Positions 57,602 through 64,000 of a stretch of 64,000 bases of DNA are shown one piece after another (the stretch's first letter is position 1; every line of letters starts with the position of its first letter). A program made the position numbers and the translations under genes. Source of the stretch: Candidatus Aenigmatarchaeota archaeon (lineage in GTDB: Archaea; Aenigmatarchaeota; Aenigmatarchaeia; CG10238-14; SCSR01); the NCBI GenBank assembly GCA_039091335.1, contig JAWCME010000002.1, positions 1 through 64,000 of the forward strand, given 5' to 3'. The notes below the pieces were generated by a model, which worked only from the letters and a program-made list of their open reading frames with translations, did no database searches and had not been told where the DNA came from.

Positions 57602-58777
57602 ATGAGAATCGCTTTCTTTTCTTGGGAGTATCCACCCTTCTTGGTGGGTGGTCTTGGAACTTACTCTTTTAACATGGTTAAAAAATATGTTGAAAGGGGA
57701 AATGAAGTTTCAGTTTTTACAATGAATTTTAATTCAAAAGAATTTGAAGAAAAAAATGGGATAAAAATCTATAGGCCTTTTTATCCGGATAGTTCAAAGG
57801 CAATTTCAATTTTTGCTAATTTTGACATACTAAGCTGGGGTGAAAACATCAAACTCTTTTCAGACATTTTCAACTACAACCTTCTCTCAGCCAAGAAGTT
57901 CATCGAAGTTTCAAAAAAAGAAAAGTTCGATGTAATAGCGATACACGACTGGATTTCAGCCTTTTCTGGGCTCATGCTTAAACAAACCAAAATTCCAACA
58001 GTTTTTCACTTACATTCTGTGGAAGAAGTGAGAAACTACTTTGGTTCAGAAACTTTGAAAAGGTTGGAAAGGGAGATGGCAAAAGAAGCGGAGAAGATAA
58101 TTACCGTTTCTGAATCCATGAAAAATTTTTTGAGTTCAATAGGGTATGAAAGAGAAAAAATTTCAGTTTGTTGGAATGGAGCCGACCCTGAAGTTTTAGA
58201 CCCTAAAAAAGTTGATTTTGATTTGGTAGAAAAATTGAGGGAAAAGTACAACCTTCGAGAAGAGAGAGTTATTTTCTTTATCGGTAGACTTACATGGTTC
58301 AAGGGAATTTTTAATCTAGTCAAAGCAATGCCCATTGTATTGAAAGAATTTCCAGAAACAAAATTGATAATGGTAGGAATCGGTGAAGTGAAATTTCTAA
58401 TGGATTTGGTAAAAAATCTATGTTTGGAAAAAAAAGTAGTTCTAGTTAACAAGTGGTTGAAAGACGAAGAAAAACTTGCTCATTTTGCTTTAGCCGATGT
58501 TTGCGTTTTTCCAAGCATAAACGAGCCTTTTGGTATAGTTGCTTCTGAGGCCATGGCAATGGAAAAACCAGTTGTGGTGGGAGCTTCGGGAGTTTCTGGT
58601 TTCAAAGAACAAGTTGTTCCGGCTGGAGAAAAAAGAACGGGCGTGCATGTTGATGGTAATAGTCCAGAAGAAACAAAAAAATGGGGAAAGAATGGAAGAA
58701 AGCTAGTTTTGGAAAAATTCAATTTTGATGTAGCTTCAGATAGAACATTATCAATTTATGAAGATTTAATCAAATAA
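57602..58777 (+). CDS. Glycosyltransferase family 4
   Basis: WEYPP-x-x-VGGLG, HDW, GRL-x-x-x-KG, EPFGIVASEA. Confidence 0.9.
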   Translation: MRIAFFSWEYPPFLVGGLGTYSFNMVKKYVERGNEVSVFTMNFNSKEFEEKNGIKIYRPFYPDSSKAISIFANFDILSWGENIKLFSDIFNYNLLSAKKFIEVSKKEKFDVIAIHDWISAFSGLMLKQTKIPTVFHLHSVEEVRNYFGSETLKRLEREMAKEAEKIITVSESMKNFLSSIGYEREKISVCWNGADPEVLDPKKVDFDLVEKLREKYNLREERVIFFIGRLTWFKGIFNLVKAMPIVLKEFPETKLIMVGIGEVKFLMDLVKNLCLEKKVVLVNKWLKDEEKLAHFALADVCVFPSINEPFGIVASEAMAMEKPVVVGASGVSGFKEQVVPAGEKRTGVHVDGNSPEETKKWGKNGRKLVLEKFNFDVASDRTLSIYEDLIK

Positions 58778-58780
58778 TAA

Positions 58781-59554
58781 TTGATGTCAAGAATAATAAG
58801 CATAATTTCTGGAAAGGGCGGAGTTGGAAAAACAACCTTAACTGCAAATCTTGGGGTGGCGCTGGCAAAATTTGGAAAAAGAGTGGTAGCAGTAGATTGT
58901 AATCTAACCACATCTCATCTTGGTTTTTATTTTGGTTTGTATTATTATTCAAAAACATTGAATCATGTTTTAAAAGGAGAGGCCGCTGTTTCTGACACAA
59001 TCTACAATTTTTATCCAAATTTTTCGATTATTCCAGCTTCTCTCTCATTAGAAGATTTGGTTGGGGTTGAAATCTCTCAACTCAAGCCATCTTTGGATGA
59101 ACTTTCCTCAAAGAACGATATAATTTTGCTAGATTCTGCTCCTGGAATTGGAAGGGAGGCTTTAAGTGTTTTAACAATAAGCAAAGAGGCAATTTTTGTT
59201 GCAACCCCAAACATACCATCTATTGCAGATGTTATGAAATGTAGTAAGTTAGTAAAAGAATTGGAAGTTGAGCCTATAGGAATTGTATTGAACATGGTAA
59301 AGAAAAATTCAACCGAACTAAGCGAAACGGAGGTTGAAGAATTAACAAACCTTCCGATACTTGCAAAAATACCATACGATAAGAATGTGGAAAAGAGCTT
59401 AAAATTAGGTTTACCTTTGATTTATGTTAAGCCATATTCTCCTGCAAGTGTGGAAATAACAAATTTGGCAGCGCTTCTATTAGGAGAAAAGCCTTTAAAA
59501 AAAGGATTTTTCCATAGGATAATATCAACATTTAGGTCAGCTATAAATTTTTAA
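58781..59554 (+). CDS. minD: MinD-like ATPase (second paralog)
   Basis: SGKGGVGKTT, DSAPGIGRE, KKGFFHRII amphipathic tail. Confidence 0.85.
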   Translation: MMSRIISIISGKGGVGKTTLTANLGVALAKFGKRVVAVDCNLTTSHLGFYFGLYYYSKTLNHVLKGEAAVSDTIYNFYPNFSIIPASLSLEDLVGVEISQLKPSLDELSSKNDIILLDSAPGIGREALSVLTISKEAIFVATPNIPSIADVMKCSKLVKELEVEPIGIVLNMVKKNSTELSETEVEELTNLPILAKIPYDKNVEKSLKLGLPLIYVKPYSPASVEITNLAALLLGEKPLKKGFFHRIISTFRSAINF

Positions 59555-59571
59555 AAGCAATAATTTAAAAA

Positions 59572-59817
59572 ATGGAAATTACTGTTTTGAAAGAAAAAGA
59601 TAATCAATTATTGAAAAGAAAGGAAATTTTACTAGAGTTAAGTCATTTATCACAACCAACCCCAAAAAAAGAAGAAGTAAAAGAAAAAGTAGCTTCTTTG
59701 TATAACGTAGAAAAGGATAGGGTATTTGTCCAATACATATTTACAAAAAAAGGGATACCTAAATCAATAGCTAAGGTTAAAATAGAGGAGGGGAAGGTTG
59801 AAACACAAACAAGTTAG
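59572..59817 (+). CDS. rps24e: 30S ribosomal protein S24e
   Basis: N-x-LLKRKE, PTP; directly upstream of S27ae. Confidence 0.88.
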   Translation: MEITVLKEKDNQLLKRKEILLELSHLSQPTPKKEEVKEKVASLYNVEKDRVFVQYIFTKKGIPKSIAKVKIEEGKVETQTS

Positions 59818-59971
59818 ACAAGCAGATTTTTTTGCAGTAGAAGAAGGAAAAATAAATAGAAAATTGAGAAGTTGCCCTAGGTGCGGAAGCGGTGTTTTTA
59901 TGGCCGAGCATGAACAGGAAGGAAAGAAAAGATACTATTGTGGAAAGTGCCGTATGACCATTTGGGAATAA
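59798..59971 (+). CDS. rps27ae: 30S ribosomal protein S27ae
   Basis: Not in ORF track; TTG start; ...[13 protein letters not shown]...RYYCGKC. Confidence 0.92.
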   Translation: MKHKQVRQADFFAVEEGKINRKLRSCPRCGSGVFMAEHEQEGKKRYYCGKCRMTIWE

Positions 59972-59973
59972 AA

Positions 59974-60219
59974 TTAAATTGGTTCTGCTAAAAACCCCTT
60001 TTCAACTTTTGTTATTTTTACTCTAACTTTTGTCCTTGGTTTTTTGATTCCGGAAGACCAGATGAGTTCACTCAATCTCTTGTCAATCTTAACTTCTCCT
60101 TTGACCTTTTCTTCTAACTCCTTTTTAATAATTTTCATCGCTTCCTTAGCTCTTTTCCAGTTCGGTGTTTTAACCAAACCTTTTCTTATGTTTATGGTTA
60201 GTATTTTTTCCTCAACCAT
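59974..60219 (-). CDS. rpl31e: 50S ribosomal protein L31e
   Basis: TINIR, WKRAKEA, VKID-x-x-L-x-E-x-IW-x-x-GI-x-KP. Confidence 0.9.
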   Translation of the reverse strand: MVEEKILTINIRKGLVKTPNWKRAKEAMKIIKKELEEKVKGEVKIDKRLSELIWSSGIKKPRTKVRVKITKVEKGFLAEPI

Positions 60220-60303
60220 ATTCTTTTATTTTATGAATTAGCTTAAAAAGGTATTGAAACTTCTTCAAAAACTTTATCTATTAAAAAAAACAAAAGAAAA
60301 AAT

Positions 60304-60750
60304 ATGAAAGGAATAAGCGCAATGATTGCTGTAGTTCTTCTAATAGCATTCACAGTAGCAGTAGGGGGACTAATAAGCGTTTGGTTCACAACATTCACAA
60401 GAACAACAACAAGTGGTGTAGAAGCAGCAACAACAAACCAAACAAGATGTGCAGGTGCATATATAAAAGTAGACAGTGTCAAATCTCTTGGCGATTATGT
60501 TGGTATCGATAATACTAATACTACGGTAATATATTCAAATCCCTCCCCACATACAATATCCTCCATTTCAATAATCTCAAATGGTGGAGAAAGTTTTGTT
60601 GGAACAACAACTTCGCTAGAACCTTCTGGAATAGGAAAATCCTATCTTAACCTTTCCTCTGGAACATCAGTAATTTTAAAAGGACTATGCCTAGCTTCAG
60701 TTCCAGTAGAAGGAAGCTGCAAAGTTGGAGAAGTTTGTTGGCAAATTTGA
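60304..60750 (+). CDS. Archaeal type IV pilin-like protein
   Basis: Class III signal peptide MKG/ISAMIAVVLLIAFTVAVGG; Ser/Thr-rich; N-x-T/S sequons; cysteines. Confidence 0.88.
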   Translation: MKGISAMIAVVLLIAFTVAVGGLISVWFTTFTRTTTSGVEAATTNQTRCAGAYIKVDSVKSLGDYVGIDNTNTTVIYSNPSPHTISSISIISNGGESFVGTTTSLEPSGIGKSYLNLSSGTSVILKGLCLASVPVEGSCKVGEVCWQI

Positions 60751-60752
60751 TT

Positions 60753-60902
60753 TTATATTTTAATCCTTTTCCTGTTTACTCTAATTCTTCTTGTTCTGGC
60801 TCTCTTTAACCCAAATTTTTTTATATCGGCCCATCTTGGAGCTTGCTTTACTTTCATTATTGCTCCAAGTTTAATCTTCTTAGCAATATTTTTTTTACTC
60901 AT
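60753..60902 (-). CDS. rpl39e: 50S ribosomal protein L39e
   Basis: Not in ORF track; MSKKNIAKKIKLG...APRWA...RRIR; basic 49 aa; upstream of L31e. Confidence 0.85.
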   Translation of the reverse strand: MSKKNIAKKIKLGAIMKVKQAPRWADIKKFGLKRARTRRIRVNRKRIKI

Positions 60903-61660
60903 AAAATCACTAACTCCCTTATTTCCTTGCTTTTTTCTATTGCCATCTCAATCATCTTTTCTATGTCTTCTGGGGACAATTCCTCATTTCCTTGTTTTTG
61001 AATAGAGCAGATCTTATCATCGTCCCTTACACATACCGCCAGCTTCGCATTGATAACATTTTCTTCTTCAAAATTTGGATCAACTAAAAATCTTTCTTTG
61101 ATTTTTGCCACACTGATATTTATTGGTTTAAAAACAACAGGCAAACTTTTTTCAAACTCTCCCCTAACTATTTTATCTCCCTCAAGTCTTGGTATTTTTG
61201 TGTTTAAAAGGGCAGCAACACTTGCCAAGGCCGAGGCATCAAGCAAATTTCCATGATGATTGAGGATATGGATGTCTATAAATACACCCCAAACCATTTT
61301 CCCTGGCTCTAAACAAATCTTTTCAAGTTCTATTGCCTTTGATTCCCTTATTCCCCTATCAACAATTCTCGCAAGCTCTATTGCGTCTTCTCCTGGTGGG
61401 CCTAACTCAAAATCAGGAGAAGCGAGTGGTGTGAATTCTGCACTGACGGATAAAACCCCATGCTCAGGAGAATCAGGAAAGGGCTGTGTTATATCAAGCT
61501 TAACTCCTGCCATAACCTCTGTTTCACCCATTTTAACAAGTGCAGAGCCTTCAGCTTTTTTAATTATCCCTGTTTTTATTTCTATTTTTCTAAATTGGTC
61601 AAAAGACCTACCATCCACTCTTTTACCTTTTTCTAATAATTCTATTGTATAATTTTCCAT
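60899..61660 (-). CDS. rrp42: Exosome complex component Rrp42
   Basis: RVDGR, AEGSA, ELARIVDRGIRES, GNLLDA. Confidence 0.95.
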   Translation of the reverse strand: MENYTIELLEKGKRVDGRSFDQFRKIEIKTGIIKKAEGSALVKMGETEVMAGVKLDITQPFPDSPEHGVLSVSAEFTPLASPDFELGPPGEDAIELARIVDRGIRESKAIELEKICLEPGKMVWGVFIDIHILNHHGNLLDASALASVAALLNTKIPRLEGDKIVRGEFEKSLPVVFKPINISVAKIKERFLVDPNFEEENVINAKLAVCVRDDDKICSIQKQGNEELSPEDIEKMIEMAIEKSKEIRELVIL

Positions 61661-62367
61661 TACAATCTACCATACTTTTCTTTCAAAACCTTTTTTTGTA
61701 TTTCATATATTTTTTTGCAAGACTCTGTCCCCATTTCTATAAGTTTCTTAATCTCTTCTCTTGTTAGAATTCCGTCCATCTGTAATAGTGTTATTTTATT
61801 TTTTGTTGGTAATATCGCAAACGCAACATCTGCCTCAGAGTGTTGGTCTTCTATGCCAGAGAGGTCAACTATGAGCTTATCGTCTATCTTTCCGATAGAG
61901 CATGCTGCCACCAAATCTTTCATAGGAATTCCTGCATCAGCAAGTGCTAGGCTAGCAGCATTTAATCCAGTAACACGAGTTGAGCCGTCTGCCTGTAAAA
62001 CTTCTATAAAAACATCTATAACCGCCCTTGGAAATTCTTCAAGAAATATTACCGGTTCAAGTGCAAGCCTCACAACTTTTGAGATTTCTGTGCTTCTTCT
62101 ATCTGGTCCAGGGCTTTTCCTTTCATCTACACTAAATGGTGCCATGTTATATCTACACCTCAAAATACATTTCTCCGGCTCCCTAAGATGCTCCGGAAAA
62201 AGTGCTTTTGGTCCGTACACAGAAGCAATAACTATGGTATTACCAAACCTTACCATGGCAGAACCATCTGCCCTAGAAACAGCATCTAGTTTTATCTCTA
62301 TCTCTCTCATCTCTTCCGGTAATCTTCCATCAAGTCTTTTCCCCTCTTTTATCAACTCTACTTTCAT
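61660..62367 (-). CDS. rrp41: Exosome complex exonuclease Rrp41
   Basis: RLDGR, YNMAPFS, ADGSTR, LQMDG. Confidence 0.95.
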   Translation of the reverse strand: MKVELIKEGKRLDGRLPEEMREIEIKLDAVSRADGSAMVRFGNTIVIASVYGPKALFPEHLREPEKCILRCRYNMAPFSVDERKSPGPDRRSTEISKVVRLALEPVIFLEEFPRAVIDVFIEVLQADGSTRVTGLNAASLALADAGIPMKDLVAACSIGKIDDKLIVDLSGIEDQHSEADVAFAILPTKNKITLLQMDGILTREEIKKLIEMGTESCKKIYEIQKKVLKEKYGRL

Positions 62368-63023
62368 TCGCTCAACATCCTCTCTATTTTTTCGGTCAAC
62401 CCAATTAAATGAGACTCCTTCTCTATCGTTAAAATTGCCTCTATAACTTTCGCTTTATTCACCCCATTTATCCAAACTATTCCATTTTGACCAGCTATAA
62501 TCTCACATCCACTCTTAGATTTAAGTATTGTTATCATACTTCCTCCCCTTCCTATTACTCTTGGTATTTTTGTTGGGGTGATTTTTATAGTAGTTCCTCC
62601 ATATAACTTTCTTGCGCCTATAGTTTTCATACTTATTGTAACGGTTTTGTTTTTTGCTACTTTTGATATCTTGCAATATATAAGCTCTCCCAAGTCATAA
62701 TATCTACTAATATCTGTTTTGAGGATGTCAACATATTCTCCCACAGCTTCGCTGATAGGAAGGAATGCAGTATAAGGCGAATTTATGTCAACGACCCAGC
62801 CAGAAGTTTGTATGTCGCTTATTGTTCCAATAACCATATCTCCAACAGATGGAATATAAACTCCAGAAAGTGCCACTACTGTTATTTCGTTTTCAGTTAT
62901 CTTTGGTATTCCAAGAACCTTTGCAAAAACCTCTTCTCCTTCAGCATAAGCACCTCTTCCAATTCTCCTTCCTTTCCTTTCTCCTATTTTTTCTCCGGGC
63001 AATACTATCTCTCTAACTTCCAT
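62364..63023 (-). CDS. rrp4: Exosome RNA-binding protein Rrp4
   Basis: IVLPGE, YIP-x-VGD, S1 domain, KH motif PRVIGRGGS, GQNG. Confidence 0.93.
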   Translation of the reverse strand: MEVREIVLPGEKIGERKGRRIGRGAYAEGEEVFAKVLGIPKITENEITVVALSGVYIPSVGDMVIGTISDIQTSGWVVDINSPYTAFLPISEAVGEYVDILKTDISRYYDLGELIYCKISKVAKNKTVTISMKTIGARKLYGGTTIKITPTKIPRVIGRGGSMITILKSKSGCEIIAGQNGIVWINGVNKAKVIEAILTIEKESHLIGLTEKIERMLSE

Positions 63024-63729
63024 ATTCTTCCCTCTTTACTATTTTTAGTTCAAAGTCACCATGAGTAATTGAAGAAATTTTTTGAAAAAGTTCGTCTTTA
63101 ATACCAGCCAAAACTTGTAGGCTAACTTTTAAACTTCCGTCATTCAACCAAGTCTCTGATAATAAATTACCATAATTCCTTAGAAAAGAATAACCTTTTC
63201 CAGCATATTGAGCAGGAATTTTTATCTCCAGAGTTAGTTTTTGAAAGCTTATTGGTATGACTGTTTTTATTGCTTTCACCACATTATCAACCTGTTGCTC
63301 TGCATCAAGAAAAGGGTCTATGTTTATTCCAACCTTTTCTATTGCGCTTAATATTCTCTGAGGAGGATGTGGGGAGTTTGTTTGTGGGTTTATCCCTCTT
63401 CTTGAAATTATGTCTGCTATTTGGTTTTTTTTAGTTTTAATCATTTCCCTTCTTTGTTCTGTTGTAAGTTGTATCTCTCCTTCCTTTATTATTTTTTCTG
63501 CAACTTTAAGCACATCGGTTGTGCCAAAAACATTTTGCAATTCTGATTCCGGAATAGTTTCAGTGCTTCTAACATCACGATATATTGCCGGATATGCAAG
63601 TACATCTTCTATCAAAACCTTCTCCCCCTTCTTTAGTCCTAAGGCTTTGTAAGGATCTACCAACACCTCAAATTTTTTTCCAGAGCGATGTAGTCTAGCA
63701 ATAACCGCCTTCTCTATGCTTACAGTCAA
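63013..63729 (-). CDS. Ribosome maturation protein SBDS/Sdo1
   Basis: GKKFEVLV, FGTTD, GEIQLT-x-EQR, PHPPQRI. Confidence 0.95.
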   Translation of the reverse strand: MTVSIEKAVIARLHRSGKKFEVLVDPYKALGLKKGEKVLIEDVLAYPAIYRDVRSTETIPESELQNVFGTTDVLKVAEKIIKEGEIQLTTEQRREMIKTKKNQIADIISRRGINPQTNSPHPPQRILSAIEKVGINIDPFLDAEQQVDNVVKAIKTVIPISFQKLTLEIKIPAQYAGKGYSFLRNYGNLLSETWLNDGSLKVSLQVLAGIKDELFQKISSITHGDFELKIVKREEYGS

Positions 63730-63733
63730 ACCA

Positions 63734-64000
63734 TCACTTAATTTTTTCCGTCTCTTCTCTACTTAACTTTCTAAATTTTCCATCCTTTTCTATTATTGCA
63801 ATATCTATACTCTCTTCTTTTCCAATTTTTTCTGATTTTGATAGAATATCAATTGCAAGTCTTATTGCTTCCTTTCTGTCCATTCCCTCCCTCCATTTCT
63901 GTCTCAATGTTTTGTTTGCTAGCGTCCCACCCCTTCCTATGCCGTATGCCTTCCACTCATAAAGCATACCAGAAGGATCTGATTCTATTAGATGCGCTCC
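63734..64000 (-). CDS. psmA: Proteasome alpha subunit, 3' part (partial)
   Basis: L-x-ESDPSG-x-LYEWKA-x-x-IGRG; conserved position upstream of SBDS. Confidence 0.88.
   Translation of the reverse strand, partial: GAHLIESDPSGMLYEWKAYGIGRGGTLANKTLRQKWREGMDRKEAIRLAIDILSKSEKIGKEESIDIAIIEKDGKFRKLSREETEKIK

Noticed and set aside
61715..62446. 243-aa plus-strand ORF, and the many other antisense ORFs in the track
   Set aside because: These are shadows of well-supported genes on the opposite strand, with Ser/Phe/Ile-rich composition and no motifs

Overview
AT-rich, gene-dense archaeal chromosome segment. Gene content and style suggest a DPANN archaeon, possibly Aenigmarchaeota-like; that placement is an inference. 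The left half has peptidases, a PIN-ATPase-KH protein and seven genes for six aminoacyl-tRNA synthetases (His, Ile, Ala, Leu, Phe alpha/beta, Trp). Next comes the rps6e-aIF2gamma-PIN-ppa-rpoE1-spt4 operon. A ~24 kb metabolic block follows, with a minimal group 3-like [NiFe] hydrogenase module, GAPDH/PGK/TPI/FBP aldolase-phosphatase and alpha-glucan synthesis and degradation genes. The window ends with ribosomal protein genes and the exosome-SBDS-proteasome superoperon. The most striking signal is a set of bulge-helix-bulge (BHB) micro-introns. A 19-nt BHB intron (31923-31941) interrupts the P-loop codons of the protein-coding aIF2gamma gene, and removing it restores GHVAHGKT. tRNA-Arg(CCU) carries two 11-nt introns (30/31 and 37/38), and tRNA-Arg(UCU) carries a 15-nt intron in the T-loop (59/60). 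Other notable items are a C-terminally truncated AlaRS followed by a 50-aa mimic of its own terminal helix, a stand-alone TFIIB-type zinc-ribbon microprotein, and two pilin genes inserted antisense into conserved translation operons. All product calls are from motif recognition by eye; no database searches were run.
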